A DNA stretch of 58,897 bases from a virus (taxonomy: Duplodnaviria; Caudoviricetes), in the IMG/VR virus record IMGVR_UViG_3300042914_000556, positions 1 through 58,897 of that record. One strand, given 5' to 3'. Position 1 is the first letter of the stretch. Each line of letters opens with the position of its first letter. Positions 28,201-37,582 of the stretch are shown piece by piece. Made by a program: the position numbers and the translations under genes. The notes under the pieces were generated by a model. The model was not told the DNA's origin, made no database searches, and saw nothing but the letters and a program-made list of their open reading frames with translations.

Positions 28201-29221
28201 TGGGAACTGCTGGGTCATCAGACAGAGCTGCTTTTAGATTAGCAGCGTTATTCGAGCGCTGAATATGCCCACCAACTGCGAACGGGCCAAGGAGTAATGT
28301 AAGGCCAAACCCACCTAATGCAGACTGCTTGGCGATTTCTCCCAAGTCTTCTGCTGCCGCGCCGAACCGGCGCTCAATTACCGATGTGCCGACATCTTGC
28401 CCAACTTCAGTAGCAGGTTGCACCAACAGGTTGACACCTAGCCCTTTAGCAAACGGCTTCAGCACACCCGTGTCAGTCATTTGCGCAGCAACGCCTGCGG
28501 TTGTTCCACCACCTGCGCGACCGAGCAAAGGCTTAAATAATTTGCCGCCTACGTAAGTAGATAGTGCTTCGCCACCACCTTGCAATGCACCTGTGTAGTA
28601 CGATGCCCGACGAGCTTCAGCTTCGTCAACGCCTTGAGCGACTAGCTTCTCGTATGTGTCTTGCGCTTGTGATGTACCGAACAACGTAGCTGCTGCTATC
28701 GGCATGCCCCCCGGCACCAAAGCGGCTGGCATAGTCGCGGCCACGGGGCCGATTGCTCTCGCCCCAGAAACTAGCGCTTGGCCCATCAGCCCACGACCAC
28801 GTATATCGGGTGTGTAGTAAGGCTCTTTCTCTTTAGCCTCAGCGGCTAAGCGAGTACCAAGTTCTTTTACTGCACCAGATGGCTGGACAGGTACTTGTGT
28901 GGGGGTAACGATGTTTGCTGGTTGTGCACCAGCCTGTGCTGCGGCACCTGTCTCAAGCGCCTCTACAAATCCGGGCAGTTCTCTAGAAATAAATTGCTGC
29001 CCCTTGCCGATCATGCTCGGCACGTCCACAGCAAAAGAGCCGCGTAATTGACGGCCCATCTCGCTTACTAATCCGGCTGGCTTTACATCAAGCGCGTCGG
29101 CTACATCTTCATAGCGAAGATTTTTGCGCTTGCTATATTCTCTAACAAGGTCTTGGTCAGAAAGAGAACGCAGTTCTCTAGGCGCTCTGCTGCGTAAATC
29201 GTCTATTGTGTAGATAGCCAT
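22235..29221 (-). CDS. Large polyvalent internal virion (ejection) protein with zincin and ART-like domains
   Basis: 2328 aa; TLHEALH; FKKWFANSKVVD...YHGT...IFVTDD...PLYV...FDG...NQLKS; last gene of the ejection cluster. Confidence 0.8.
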   Translation of the reverse strand: MAIYTIDDLRSRAPRELRSLSDQDLVREYSKRKNLRYEDVADALDVKPAGLVSEMGRQLRGSFAVDVPSMIGKGQQFISRELPGFVEALETGAAAQAGAQPANIVTPTQVPVQPSGAVKELGTRLAAEAKEKEPYYTPDIRGRGLMGQALVSGARAIGPVAATMPAALVPGGMPIAAATLFGTSQAQDTYEKLVAQGVDEAEARRASYYTGALQGGGEALSTYVGGKLFKPLLGRAGGGTTAGVAAQMTDTGVLKPFAKGLGVNLLVQPATEVGQDVGTSVIERRFGAAAEDLGEIAKQSALGGFGLTLLLGPFAVGGHIQRSNNAANLKAALSDDPAVPREVRAQAIAAVNVEAQRQGVDPRDIGRWTQEQIELEDRRTDALRRMTEAVQSLEVQAGIDERLGIGAERPDEELYIQQFEEAFNEPSGQRSLMTLDDGSVIERELTMGELLQQQAQLGREDAPKDLLGGTDKTARDILADIRRSADDPLSPNVWRFSPQQVETGEQVAPGIFQNRAGIYTMAPEDTGAELGRAMPRGLGGPVAPAQQVTTQRPVEGVPGVTVDEAGIYRLPPEQPSRTGNLPGVSPDVTTPSGAFTPPAAPTPPAPAKRGRKPKAAVPVTPPAEVKVTRGDEIKAAAAIAKSTPIQDDVAAEIADILSKLEAKVASEKGKAAGTVTLPQGVYKGMVQMLRSPKDTPPTIVYADQGAQADPQLTAKYTGTMRQMYNAAQRVLFASRDLSSAQDNALATGKDERINAKPGAPTVAAAEAEAAKITQNIIKLRQQLRNAIDELVGVAGSEMNAEALVAVMKARVQRREQKPVDVRRFRDAAAALKKNPESKVAQKEYDIIVDSLISRAWRSYKDGELDVAEAVDVVSPEKTRPSYEATKGAKAQPPLVEAAKGKASKPYKPVTVKKAKETDEEFKARQDEAFEKYKSRIEEGKGLQGVLNYFRGLNRPTYTNTIATALVYALRRRSRQPKIEWIADDDKVTNPSYDPQTDTVRIHRNASAEETLHEALHAGLQWLVYSNPKAPEVTRLMASLDKVLKVDLDKTNLSESQKAKAGEVIGVLRSIVNRKGDKGNAKLDAVLELISYGNTLADFKSLLKQIPSAPNAEARTWRNAIEDVWNRIVSLAQSLLGVRNTVANDVLENTIALLNKAATTEQQVPEKMRGTMLDIATTAFKKWFANSKVVDAAGKPKIMYHGTAANIYAFEPKQAGAIFVTDDPEFARRFTGSSESYMANRPAEFLDAASLQKVRQAGLAALAKEEGLTFMQRLKFRRMINNLKSDVYTTEIDRIPDFPSETQLAIYRAAKANLPSNANIMPLYVSAQRPFDYANPEHVELIVQKIKSKDPGRALLLKEGDWPTIESDVVQDAIKSLDFDGFYVKEGGRKNLAVYSSNQLKSPFNKGTFSADSGNILEAAVSSDKGTEQAAGITPQDLRGFTKRIAPDAVSSRFLFDAMGWDKRVAEKVSKSAAKLADMIRKDFPAAERFLILINSTFSAGEYTKQQIEDFKVNKSVGYMQMDRLANFVANRPAADVLALMRYMDGDKNALATLPDQEVLKRTADNVLTWFKAYVNELPASERAFFRDNKFSEALLYATRSEQIARGTLGTAKLTSVMGLKHRREKTLEGFQEWMSKNEQGDPILDGRFYQVFKREGLKPGTGPEPAGYMSVSEFERRGRQSPVGYQVDATRQWWISEFSESSGYRFSSSMTAKQAIEEKKADDLANAMRNTMSALAVNYASKKIFENLAAYGYEGGKPSAMSVAFNNLDDIKEATGRTVREDQVLRVSEGMAKSPEIIGMYRRTGTWVQLPATPTYGELGGKYIPGPVWSALLDMSDRQPFINNRVFNNTMRWFKKSKTIYNLGTHITNIASNITLAMMHDIPVTTIGKAARLFALYELSPSKLSKAELDLMSAFINSGAMLGDYSSVEVKQALYDAWGKNMGADGESSLLKRLSAFAGYEKSKTQMVVQLAAKAGKKFDDAATETYAAEDNIFRLAAFLTKAGDLQNLEGTATATPEQLRAAGTFARKAFLDYDIDAKAVKIARQSVMPFVSWTYAITPVLARMALHQPWKIANVLAAYYFIEVAMAAMAGDDDEELRKAGPEYMRERMFFGMGPHMFIRLPFGDAQNPVYYKLGDYIPFASLAKGLPMGPAGQSWIPAALTPSGPFLSAAAGLLYGVDPYTGKGIHKPTDSEWDKLVNSGKYAYDLAMPPMVSSKNWAKVKDILDEKAGETGAMPSNLVFARMLGLKAYDYDIDESMVIQDKVVKGVEKDFKAAMRKAKKEEYRKGYPDYDELDEELEVLRERMERRIAEVRGEELDEELDDGSVQ

Positions 29222-29226
29222 TGTGT

Positions 29227-30903
29227 TTACCAGTCAGACAAGCCAGTATCCTCACGCCCCATATCGGCGGGGGTAATGCCAAATTTGCGCATAACTTTTA
29301 TTTGCTGGGCGGGAGTCTTAGCGTTTTGCCACTCATCTGAATCAAGCATTTTAGTTAGCCGCTTTTCCTTAGCTTTATCTTCAGCAGATAAGGAAGGCTT
29401 GACTTTCGCCGATTTGAGTCCTTCAGGGAGTTGGATGACACCATCTCTTTGCGGTAGTTTGGAAACATCTAGCAGCACAGTATTGCCGTCTTTATCTATA
29501 AATGGCTGAACCGCACCTGCTCTAAAACCACCGCCGCCACCGACGCCTCTTGCTCCGCGCATACGACGATAATCTGCCAAGCCCATATTAGCTTCGATCT
29601 GTGACTCAACATAACGGCTCTTCAGCAACATCTCACCAGCAGTCACAGGGTTTCTAGCGCTGTTGACGAGAAAGTCTCTGGCTTCTGTATCGTTACGGAA
29701 AGTATGAGAACTAAGCACCCGTGATGGGTCTTCCGCCGATACAAAATCCAGCGCTACTCTACCGTCTTTACCCTTGCGCTTAACTAGGTTGGTAGTTGGG
29801 TCAAGCAGTGGGTTAGTGTTGTACTGCTCAATTAATGTATCAACATTACCGCCAGCTTTTTTAATTATTTTTTCAACTTCAATATTGAACGCTTTTAGTT
29901 CGTTTTCTTCCACACCTACTTGCTCGGCGATTATTTTATTTAGGACGGCTGCGGAAGGCTTAACTGTGTTTCTTACGTGGTCAAATACTTGCTGAATTGT
30001 AGCGCCGGGGTTTTTCTCTTGGAATTCGCCCGCAGCTTTGTAAACATTTTCAGTCTCGACAGCGATTCTTTCTTCTCGCTCAGCTTTGCTAAGTCCAAGT
30101 TTGGCCATTTGTTTCGTTAGGCCGTAAGTCTCTTCAGCACGTTCTTCAGCACGTGCCAATGAGCGGAACCGCTCACCCTCGACAGGGCTTTCATACTTGG
30201 AGATAATGTCCGCGTAACGGTTCATCAGCGCAGCGCGCTGCTGCGTAGGTGTTAGCCCTTCTGCACCGTATGTTTGGTCTAGATACTGAGTGGCTCCGGG
30301 ACTAACAGTGCTTTCTGAACCGGGGATAACACCAACTGGGAACCTAGCTGGGCGGAGCATTTCTTCTTCACGAGCGGCGATAGCTTCAGACTGGAGTCTT
30401 CGCATATCCGACTGTGGGCCAGTGTACCCACCCTCGCCAATATAGTTGAGACGCTCTGCGTTACTAATATATGGGTAATTTAGTACATCTCTTGGATCAG
30501 ACGTATCAGGACCTATTGTGTTAAAGCCGCCGCCTTCAGTGGGGGTAAGCCCGCGTACAGTAGCGCCTTCTGGGCCGCGAGTTACAGAATAGTAAGGACG
30601 CCCTTGTTGGTCACGAGCTGCTTCTGCTGCCAACAACTGTGCTTCGTCTTCAGCGCTCAAGCCCCTTCTACGGCGAGTGTAAGTCGTAGACCCCGGCTCA
30701 ATGGTGTACTCATACTCCCCGGGTTGTTCAACTGTTCCGGCTTCTGCGCGCATCTGCGCGCCTTGCTCTGGGGTGTACTTGGGACGCTGCTTATCCGCTT
30801 GCGCTGCTTCAAACTCTTCCCGCATGCGGCGTTTGCGATACGCCTCTTGCATACGCGTACCAAGTTCAAATCCTTGCGCTAAGCCAAGTCCAAAGTTAGC
30901 CAT
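29227..30903 (-). CDS. Internal virion / ejection protein
   Basis: N-terminal FGLGLAQGF; synteny. Confidence 0.6.
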   Translation of the reverse strand: MANFGLGLAQGFELGTRMQEAYRKRRMREEFEAAQADKQRPKYTPEQGAQMRAEAGTVEQPGEYEYTIEPGSTTYTRRRRGLSAEDEAQLLAAEAARDQQGRPYYSVTRGPEGATVRGLTPTEGGGFNTIGPDTSDPRDVLNYPYISNAERLNYIGEGGYTGPQSDMRRLQSEAIAAREEEMLRPARFPVGVIPGSESTVSPGATQYLDQTYGAEGLTPTQQRAALMNRYADIISKYESPVEGERFRSLARAEERAEETYGLTKQMAKLGLSKAEREERIAVETENVYKAAGEFQEKNPGATIQQVFDHVRNTVKPSAAVLNKIIAEQVGVEENELKAFNIEVEKIIKKAGGNVDTLIEQYNTNPLLDPTTNLVKRKGKDGRVALDFVSAEDPSRVLSSHTFRNDTEARDFLVNSARNPVTAGEMLLKSRYVESQIEANMGLADYRRMRGARGVGGGGGFRAGAVQPFIDKDGNTVLLDVSKLPQRDGVIQLPEGLKSAKVKPSLSAEDKAKEKRLTKMLDSDEWQNAKTPAQQIKVMRKFGITPADMGREDTGLSDW

Positions 30904-30905
30904 GA

Positions 30906-31910
30906 TCAAACCTTTTTCATGCTGATGCCAAGGACATCGTAGTTAACCATCTTGTAGCCGTATGGGCTTTCGCTGACAGCTTCTGGGTAATGCTCTTCAA
31001 CTTCTTGCGCCATCACACCCTGCCAACGTGTATGCGGGTCATCGATGTAGTTGAAGTGGTAGAGGTTCAAATTAGTGCGTGGGTCAACACCGACTTCTTC
31101 AATGTTTTCTTTCAGGCGAATATCTGAGAACTTTGATAGCCCAGCGCCAATGATCGTCCCAAAAATATCAGGCTTACTCGATTCGGCTGCGTAAATCTGG
31201 CCTTGAGTGCCAAGAATCTGGTTAAGTCCCTGCATACGAATCTGTTGACCTTGACCGAGAATGTTCGCGCCAGAACCGAAGATATTAGCAAACTGATTAC
31301 CCGGAGCCATAAACGACCCACCAGCAGCGGTACCAGCAGCAGTTGCCTGACCATACGCAGCAGAAGAAGCCCCGGGGAGCCCACGACCTAAACCAGCAGC
31401 GTCAAGGCGTCGTGCGTAACCCATCTGCTGTGCTTGTTGGCGGGCACCAGTCATAGCCCCAGCGCGCTGCGCCGCGAGTTGATTGTCAGTCTGTTGCTGC
31501 ATACCGGCAAAGCGGCCCGACGCAGGATTTACCCCCATCGCTGCAGAAGCGCGCTGAGACGCTTGCTGAGTTAAGCCAAACGCCCGACCTGCGTCAGCAG
31601 CGGCTTGCTGCGCCATCTGGTTGCGGTACTCTTCGGTGTTGAACTTCTGAGCTTCAGCGACAAGCCCCCGTTCGACGGGGCGGAACGTCTCTGTCTGGTA
31701 TTGGTAATACTCTTTGGCTTGGCGCATTTGCTCATCTTGCGCCTGCTTCTGCTGCTCAGCGATTTGCCGTAGGTAAGGAGAGATTTCAGCGTACTGCTGT
31801 CGGGCGAAGCCCAGTTGTTCACGGCCAAGTCCGGCCATGATTTGCGCGGATTCTCTACTAGCTTCGGCTACCGGTCGGTAGTCTGGCGCTGGGGCCGATG
31901 ATTTACCCAT
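30906..31910 (-). CDS. DNA pilot/ejection protein with C-terminal peptidase S74-like chaperone domain
   Basis: MGKSSAPAPDY, Gln/Ala-rich body, SDIRLKENI...GVMAQEV...VNY. Confidence 0.75.
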   Translation of the reverse strand: MGKSSAPAPDYRPVAEASRESAQIMAGLGREQLGFARQQYAEISPYLRQIAEQQKQAQDEQMRQAKEYYQYQTETFRPVERGLVAEAQKFNTEEYRNQMAQQAAADAGRAFGLTQQASQRASAAMGVNPASGRFAGMQQQTDNQLAAQRAGAMTGARQQAQQMGYARRLDAAGLGRGLPGASSAAYGQATAAGTAAGGSFMAPGNQFANIFGSGANILGQGQQIRMQGLNQILGTQGQIYAAESSKPDIFGTIIGAGLSKFSDIRLKENIEEVGVDPRTNLNLYHFNYIDDPHTRWQGVMAQEVEEHYPEAVSESPYGYKMVNYDVLGISMKKV

Positions 31911-31913
31911 TTC

Positions 31914-32330
31914 TTATCCTTTCGGTAGCCATCTGCACTTGTCAGCCCAGAGGACTAGAAACATCATATCCGCGTCGTCGGCGGCATCCTTCATTACAAA
32001 TTCTTCTTCGAACCCTAGCTTCTTTTCAAACTCGATTAGTCGTGGCCGGTTAGTGGGGGCGGTGCCTGTGAAGCGCTTTAGCCCTAGCTGCCGGAAACCG
32101 TAATCACATAACACACTAAACAATTTGAACACCGTCTTTGACGGCTTGGCTATTGCGATGTGACAATAGGCGTTCGAATTATTTATGTTGTGGATTACAA
32201 CTCCTGCAACAATCTCCCCTTCCGACTCCACACCAAACGCGTTGAACCCCTCCCAAGGTACGCTTTGACCGACCTGTTGGCCCACCCAATACGCTACGCG
32301 GTTTCGGTCATAAAGTACTAAATTTGCCAT
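31914..32330 (-). CDS. GNAT-fold acetyltransferase-like virion assembly protein
   Basis: N...KKLGFEEE; position between tail and ejection genes. Confidence 0.7.
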   Translation of the reverse strand: MANLVLYDRNRVAYWVGQQVGQSVPWEGFNAFGVESEGEIVAGVVIHNINNSNAYCHIAIAKPSKTVFKLFSVLCDYGFRQLGLKRFTGTAPTNRPRLIEFEKKLGFEEEFVMKDAADDADMMFLVLWADKCRWLPKG

Positions 32331-32368
32331 TGCGTCGTATATATCATACGGGTATTTGCCTGTAAAGA

Positions 32369-34666
32369 TCAGCCGCAGAGGTATATACAAGCAATCTGCT
32401 TAACCTCCGTTGGGCTAGAAAACGTCACCGACTCACGGGCTTTGGCAACCGTGATGGCACGGACAATATCGTCTGCTTGCTTCATTCCTTTGCCGGGGGT
32501 AGAAGACGTGACAATTAAGTCGCCAGCTTGAATATCGCCCCCTTCGCCGCACACGTTGATCTGCCCTTCGCCTAGCGCGTTGACCGCCATGATATTATAA
32601 AGTTGGCAATCTGGCTCATAGTACGGCTGCATGACCTGCACATACGCGTGTGTCTCAGGGTCTTCTTCAAAGCCCTTCACATAAGCAGCAGGGTGAATCT
32701 GGGTAAGCGAACGAGGTTCGGCGCAAACTACCCCTAGCGCAGCTTTTTGGTTAGGTGTAGTACTAGACTTGACCAGTGTGATGGCAGACGAGATTCCGTT
32801 GCGGCGTATTACTTGGGTGTCGATAACGATGTCGCCAACCGTGAATGTGTCGCCGAGTTCAGTCAGCGCATCGTGGGTACCGGTAAACGGACCATAGTTA
32901 GTGCCCGCGCCATCAGCGTAAAAGTCATAGCCGTTCGCAGCGCCAACTAACCCAGCAGTATTTCCAGACCCAGTACCATTAGTATTCACTCCACGTACAG
33001 CGTGGTTGGAGCCACCTGCGGAAGACGCCTGCCCTCGAATGGATTCATTAGAAGAAGACACACCATAAACACCGTGGCTGCTACTAGATACACCATAAAC
33101 ACCATAGCCAGAAGTAGCTTCGCCGTATACACCAGCAGCGCCTGTGTTTACTCCCCAGACTGCGGGGCCTGACAAAGTTGTGCTGTTTACTTTAAGAATA
33201 GAACCAAGCCCAGAGCCACCGGCCTGTAAAGTAACTGTTGCCCCAGAATAAACTTTTAGTGTGTTATCTGAAGAAGCAAGTTCTACGCGGGTTCCTGAAG
33301 AAGCAGTACGGATCGTACCGCCAGTAATCGTGCCACCAGTCACAGTCAACGAAGAACCATCCCACGTCATGCTGGTTCCGCTGGTGCCGATAGAAAACTT
33401 ATAGGTTGTGCTGTCGTAGCCTAAAAAGAAACCAGTGCCTGTGTTGTACCCAGTTTGCCCACCCTTGATGTGAGCTAAAGTATTTAGTGTCAGCGCGCCG
33501 CTAACAGTCAAAGAACCTGTGTTTACAGATAAAGCGCTTAGGGTAGACGCTGTGATTTGATTAGCTTGTATAGACCCTGCGTAAATAACACCAGCACCGA
33601 GAGTGCCCGTTGTAATCTTATCTGCGGTAAGACTACCAATCTGCGCGCTGTTAATCGTAGCGTTGACAATCGATGCGCCGTCGATATACACACCGGGAGG
33701 AAGCGTATTGCCATTTAGTGTGATCGAGTTTGTAAGTACTGCAAATGGTACGCTGCTAGCGATTTGCCAAGTCACAGAGCCATCGACAACAGTCGTACCT
33801 ACGTTGCCTGAGATAGACGGCGCAGACGCACCAGTCGTACCTGCTACTTTGCAAATAAGAATCTTGGTAGTAGTCCCGCCGATCTTTACCGCTTGGTTGG
33901 CAACATACGCAGTATTAGCTACCCACCCGGGAACAGATGTCACTGGTGTAGTAACTGCAAACCGGTCTACGTTGACGAAGAAATCCGAAGTAGCAACGCC
34001 GCCATCAGCCAGCGTAGACATCAACCCAAAGCCAGACAAGAAGCCTGAGTTGTTCATCTTGACCATATACAGATTACCTATGTTGGTAATCTCGGTCGTG
34101 TTGTCGTTAATCTGTGTGTTGAGCGCAGCGCTAAGTTCGGAACTTGTAATCGCACCGGTCAGTACATCCAGCAAATATGCTGGGTCATTCCCAGTAGTCC
34201 CTACCGTACCTAATGAAGCATTATATTGGCCGATGTTATCTAGCTGATTGACAAAGCGAATCCAATAGTACTTAGTCGCAGCAGCACCTACGTTATCTAC
34301 ATACACAGTGCCGGGGGCTTGCCCGATCATCACAGCCGTAGAAAGATCGTTAGTACTCGCGCTCCAAACTTCCGTGTAAGCATGCCCTTTATAGCGAATA
34401 GGGTCCCACGTCAGAATAATGTTTGCAAGCGCTCCCGACGCAGCCAAGCCAGTAGGCGATGGAGGTAGTTCTACAGTAGTGCCGTCTATGGGCGTAGTAA
34501 TTATGCCGTTGGGTGTAGCACCAGCAATCCCACTTCTTACAAGTTCTTTGGCAGTAACGTATCTGTCCAGCCCACTAGTAGTCAATATCTCACGTACACG
34601 ATCTAAGAACGCGCGTAGATCAGGAGGTATTGGCGAGGAAACTGAAGGTAACTTAGACACCTGCAA
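32369..34666 (-). CDS. Tail fibre/tip protein with C-terminal autoproteolytic-chaperone-like domain
   Basis: FN3-like YWIRFVN, ADKITTG repeats, GVYG repeats, FTGTHD...LGEG...GDLIVTS. Confidence 0.7.
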   Translation of the reverse strand: MQVSKLPSVSSPIPPDLRAFLDRVREILTTSGLDRYVTAKELVRSGIAGATPNGIITTPIDGTTVELPPSPTGLAASGALANIILTWDPIRYKGHAYTEVWSASTNDLSTAVMIGQAPGTVYVDNVGAAATKYYWIRFVNQLDNIGQYNASLGTVGTTGNDPAYLLDVLTGAITSSELSAALNTQINDNTTEITNIGNLYMVKMNNSGFLSGFGLMSTLADGGVATSDFFVNVDRFAVTTPVTSVPGWVANTAYVANQAVKIGGTTTKILICKVAGTTGASAPSISGNVGTTVVDGSVTWQIASSVPFAVLTNSITLNGNTLPPGVYIDGASIVNATINSAQIGSLTADKITTGTLGAGVIYAGSIQANQITASTLSALSVNTGSLTVSGALTLNTLAHIKGGQTGYNTGTGFFLGYDSTTYKFSIGTSGTSMTWDGSSLTVTGGTITGGTIRTASSGTRVELASSDNTLKVYSGATVTLQAGGSGLGSILKVNSTTLSGPAVWGVNTGAAGVYGEATSGYGVYGVSSSSHGVYGVSSSNESIRGQASSAGGSNHAVRGVNTNGTGSGNTAGLVGAANGYDFYADGAGTNYGPFTGTHDALTELGDTFTVGDIVIDTQVIRRNGISSAITLVKSSTTPNQKAALGVVCAEPRSLTQIHPAAYVKGFEEDPETHAYVQVMQPYYEPDCQLYNIMAVNALGEGQINVCGEGGDIQAGDLIVTSSTPGKGMKQADDIVRAITVAKARESVTFSSPTEVKQIACIYLCG

Positions 34667-37574
34667 GTTCCTCCACAGACTGCCCGATAGCTACCGAGAA
34701 GACTTCGTAAGGACCTTCGATTTGAAACTCTAAGTCACGCCCTTCTTTGACAGGCAATCTGAACGTATCTCGTGAAGTGACTGTTTGTGTATGGAACAGC
34801 GCACCGTCCATGTAAAACTTCATCGTCATCGGATAGGCTTCTGCTTCCAACGTAGCGCAGCTAAACCCAGTAACTTGAGGTAGCGAAAACTTCTTAGACC
34901 GCCATGTGTACGACTTTGCGGAACCACTTAGCCATTTCTTGAGCGAGCGGTCGCTGAAGCCGAGGTAGAGTTGGTCACGCTGCAAATCCGTGTAACCGCA
35001 AGTAGCGTAAATGTCGTGAAGAATAAACTGCCCAGAAGTAAGATCATAAACAAAGCCGCCTGTAGTAGTACCATTATCGTAAAAGCCAATGTATTTCAGA
35101 TCGTGCATGTACCCGTGAATCGATGTAGGTACAAAGTAGGATTGCCATTGCGCACGGGTGAAGTAAGTATCAGTAACAACTTTAGAGCCGCTTGGAGTTA
35201 GTACCACCAACCCATCAGGGCTGGCGTACATCACAACACCATTGGCGCTGACAATACTGCGCTTCGACGCGCAAGCTTGTTCAAGGTCAGACTTGACCAA
35301 CACCATTGTGTCCGGGGAAGTACCCTGCAAGAAATACGGTGTACCAGTGGTCAGCACGGCGAGCGTGGTATCCATGCGGCCAAGCCCAACGACAGGGTAG
35401 TCAACGGTCTGCACATACTGCAGCGGCCAAGCGTGTGGGTGGTAGGGGTCGCACAGATAAACATCGCGGCCTACGAAACCAGCCATAATGCCGTTAGGTA
35501 GGTTAATCAGCCCCTTGAGGTTTGCAGGTGGTGGTAACCACGTAGCTGATGGCAGTTCTTCAGACAATTCATCTGGATTTTTTGTGTCTGTGTAGTTGGC
35601 CGTTGCTAGTGTGAGTTCTTCGACGAACAAATACACACCGTTTACCGTACGGTACAGCCGCTTATGTGTAACGGTATAACCAGAAGCCGGAGTGCCAAAG
35701 CCGCTAATTGTCACCGACTGCCCATCATGGACATCGACGATCTCTGAAGCAGGTGACGGCGCGGATTCGAACTCGAAGCCAGATTCTTTGTTTACCCATG
35801 TATACACGTACACACGAGACTCAGTAATGCTAGGGGCTGCAATAGTTCCAGTGCCAGACATCTCAGCGTATGTAGCGACTGATCCATAGTTACCACGCCG
35901 TAGTCGCAAAGTCGCAGACGTGCCAGTAGCAGTGGAAGACACCACAGCAATCGGTGAAACCGAACCATAAACAGCTACTGTGGCTGAACCGCCAACAAGC
36001 CCAGCGACGTTTGATGCAACAGACGGAGAATAAACAAATTTACGAGATTCGCCGTCGTTAGTTACCGTGGAGAGATAATAAGTCTCCATGGAATCAATAT
36101 TGGTTTGCGTGAGAATTATCGACGCAGGAGAAGCAGAATCTGAGTTAGTCGCGCCGTACTGAGAAGACTCAATCAGCGCGCCACCAGCCGTCACATACCG
36201 TGCGTAAGCAATACCGTCGTTGTTGCCGATACCTTTAGTATTTGGTTTGAGCACAAGCACACTACCATACGCAACAGCGGTGAAAATAGGCCCACTGTTA
36301 TACGTAGGAATGATGTTGCCGTTAGAAGACGCGTTGTATAGTGGGCTAACTCCTCCCGGGTCTGGATTAGATGGGTAACGGGAATATGAGAACGTAAATA
36401 CTGCGCCAGCTAATGCAGAAATAATTACGGTGTTACCAACCGCGCCAACATAAATAGCGTCTTGCCCAGCAACTTGTTGGACTACCGCCTGCATAGCAGC
36501 GGCGAGTGAAGCGGCAGTGTATGTATTGGTCGAACCAATTAGTCGCATGATAACCGTAGGAGAACCACCGATTGTCATGGATACGTCCATGTAATGCCCA
36601 GTACGGACAGCGGCAACCTCTGCCGCTGGAAGAATGATCTGGCCGTAGATAAGCGCAGCAGCTACATCTGCTGGGCCAATACCATCTTTGTTGACCCGCA
36701 TACTAGCAATATCGCCGCTAATGTATTCACCGTTGGTCGATATGGAGACATCGATCTTGTTGCCAACGTCGTACGAATTTATTTCTTGGTCAACAATATA
36801 GATTGGATTAACGGTGTTGGCCGCACCATACTTCAACGTACTATCATAGCCCGAATAAGTAAACGCGCCGTCCTCATCAGTTTCACTACCAGTGCGGATT
36901 CGAATACGTAACTTAGCTGTCTCGCCAGTAGCAGTTGTCTTGACAAGAACTTCTTCACCAACAACTGTAGCGGTCAAGTCGGCCCGCGCGTCTAGCGCAG
37001 CAGCTACTGTGGCTTTTGTGTTGTTAGCAATAGCGACGTTGGTATAGGTAGCGCCGTCGTCGATGCTGTAGTCGATGCCGTACGTTGAAGAAGCCAGTTT
37101 TAAGTTTTCCGCAGTTATGTACACCTCTGCTGGATCGGTCGCTGGATCGTATGGACCTAACGAAGTAGTAACTGTTGTTGTCGGCGCTGGAAGTCCTAGC
37201 GCGCGGGATACCGCTGGGTAATTAGAACTAGATAGCGCGATGGTGTTGTAAGTTGCTTTAGGAGCACCATCACCTGTATAGAATGTCCACTCAGATTCAT
37301 CCCCTGCGATCTGGCTACGGCAAACATCTACGTCAGACAACCAGTTAAACCAGTACTGTGTTTCCGAGTCTACGTCTTGGCCGTAGCGATAGATCGTGCG
37401 TGGCACACCTTGCTTAGATAACGTGACTAAAGACGCGCTAGTGTCAGCCAATGGCTGAATAGAACCAGAGAACACAGGGCAGTTAATCGCCACCTGCGCT
37501 TGGGAATCTTGCAGGTATCTAGCCGGGGTCTTTGGTGAAATCCCAGCGAACGACTTAATAACGAGTGCTGCCAT
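34653..37574 (-). CDS. Tail tubular/nozzle (stabilisation) protein
   Basis: FAGISP, YVYTWV...ESAPSP, PNGIMAGF, PHAWP, YASPDGLV, WRSKKF. Confidence 0.75.
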   Translation of the reverse strand: MAALVIKSFAGISPKTPARYLQDSQAQVAINCPVFSGSIQPLADTSASLVTLSKQGVPRTIYRYGQDVDSETQYWFNWLSDVDVCRSQIAGDESEWTFYTGDGAPKATYNTIALSSSNYPAVSRALGLPAPTTTVTTSLGPYDPATDPAEVYITAENLKLASSTYGIDYSIDDGATYTNVAIANNTKATVAAALDARADLTATVVGEEVLVKTTATGETAKLRIRIRTGSETDEDGAFTYSGYDSTLKYGAANTVNPIYIVDQEINSYDVGNKIDVSISTNGEYISGDIASMRVNKDGIGPADVAAALIYGQIILPAAEVAAVRTGHYMDVSMTIGGSPTVIMRLIGSTNTYTAASLAAAMQAVVQQVAGQDAIYVGAVGNTVIISALAGAVFTFSYSRYPSNPDPGGVSPLYNASSNGNIIPTYNSGPIFTAVAYGSVLVLKPNTKGIGNNDGIAYARYVTAGGALIESSQYGATNSDSASPASIILTQTNIDSMETYYLSTVTNDGESRKFVYSPSVASNVAGLVGGSATVAVYGSVSPIAVVSSTATGTSATLRLRRGNYGSVATYAEMSGTGTIAAPSITESRVYVYTWVNKESGFEFESAPSPASEIVDVHDGQSVTISGFGTPASGYTVTHKRLYRTVNGVYLFVEELTLATANYTDTKNPDELSEELPSATWLPPPANLKGLINLPNGIMAGFVGRDVYLCDPYHPHAWPLQYVQTVDYPVVGLGRMDTTLAVLTTGTPYFLQGTSPDTMVLVKSDLEQACASKRSIVSANGVVMYASPDGLVVLTPSGSKVVTDTYFTRAQWQSYFVPTSIHGYMHDLKYIGFYDNGTTTGGFVYDLTSGQFILHDIYATCGYTDLQRDQLYLGFSDRSLKKWLSGSAKSYTWRSKKFSLPQVTGFSCATLEAEAYPMTMKFYMDGALFHTQTVTSRDTFRLPVKEGRDLEFQIEGPYEVFSVAIGQSVEELAGV

Positions 37575-37582
37575 AATGAATC

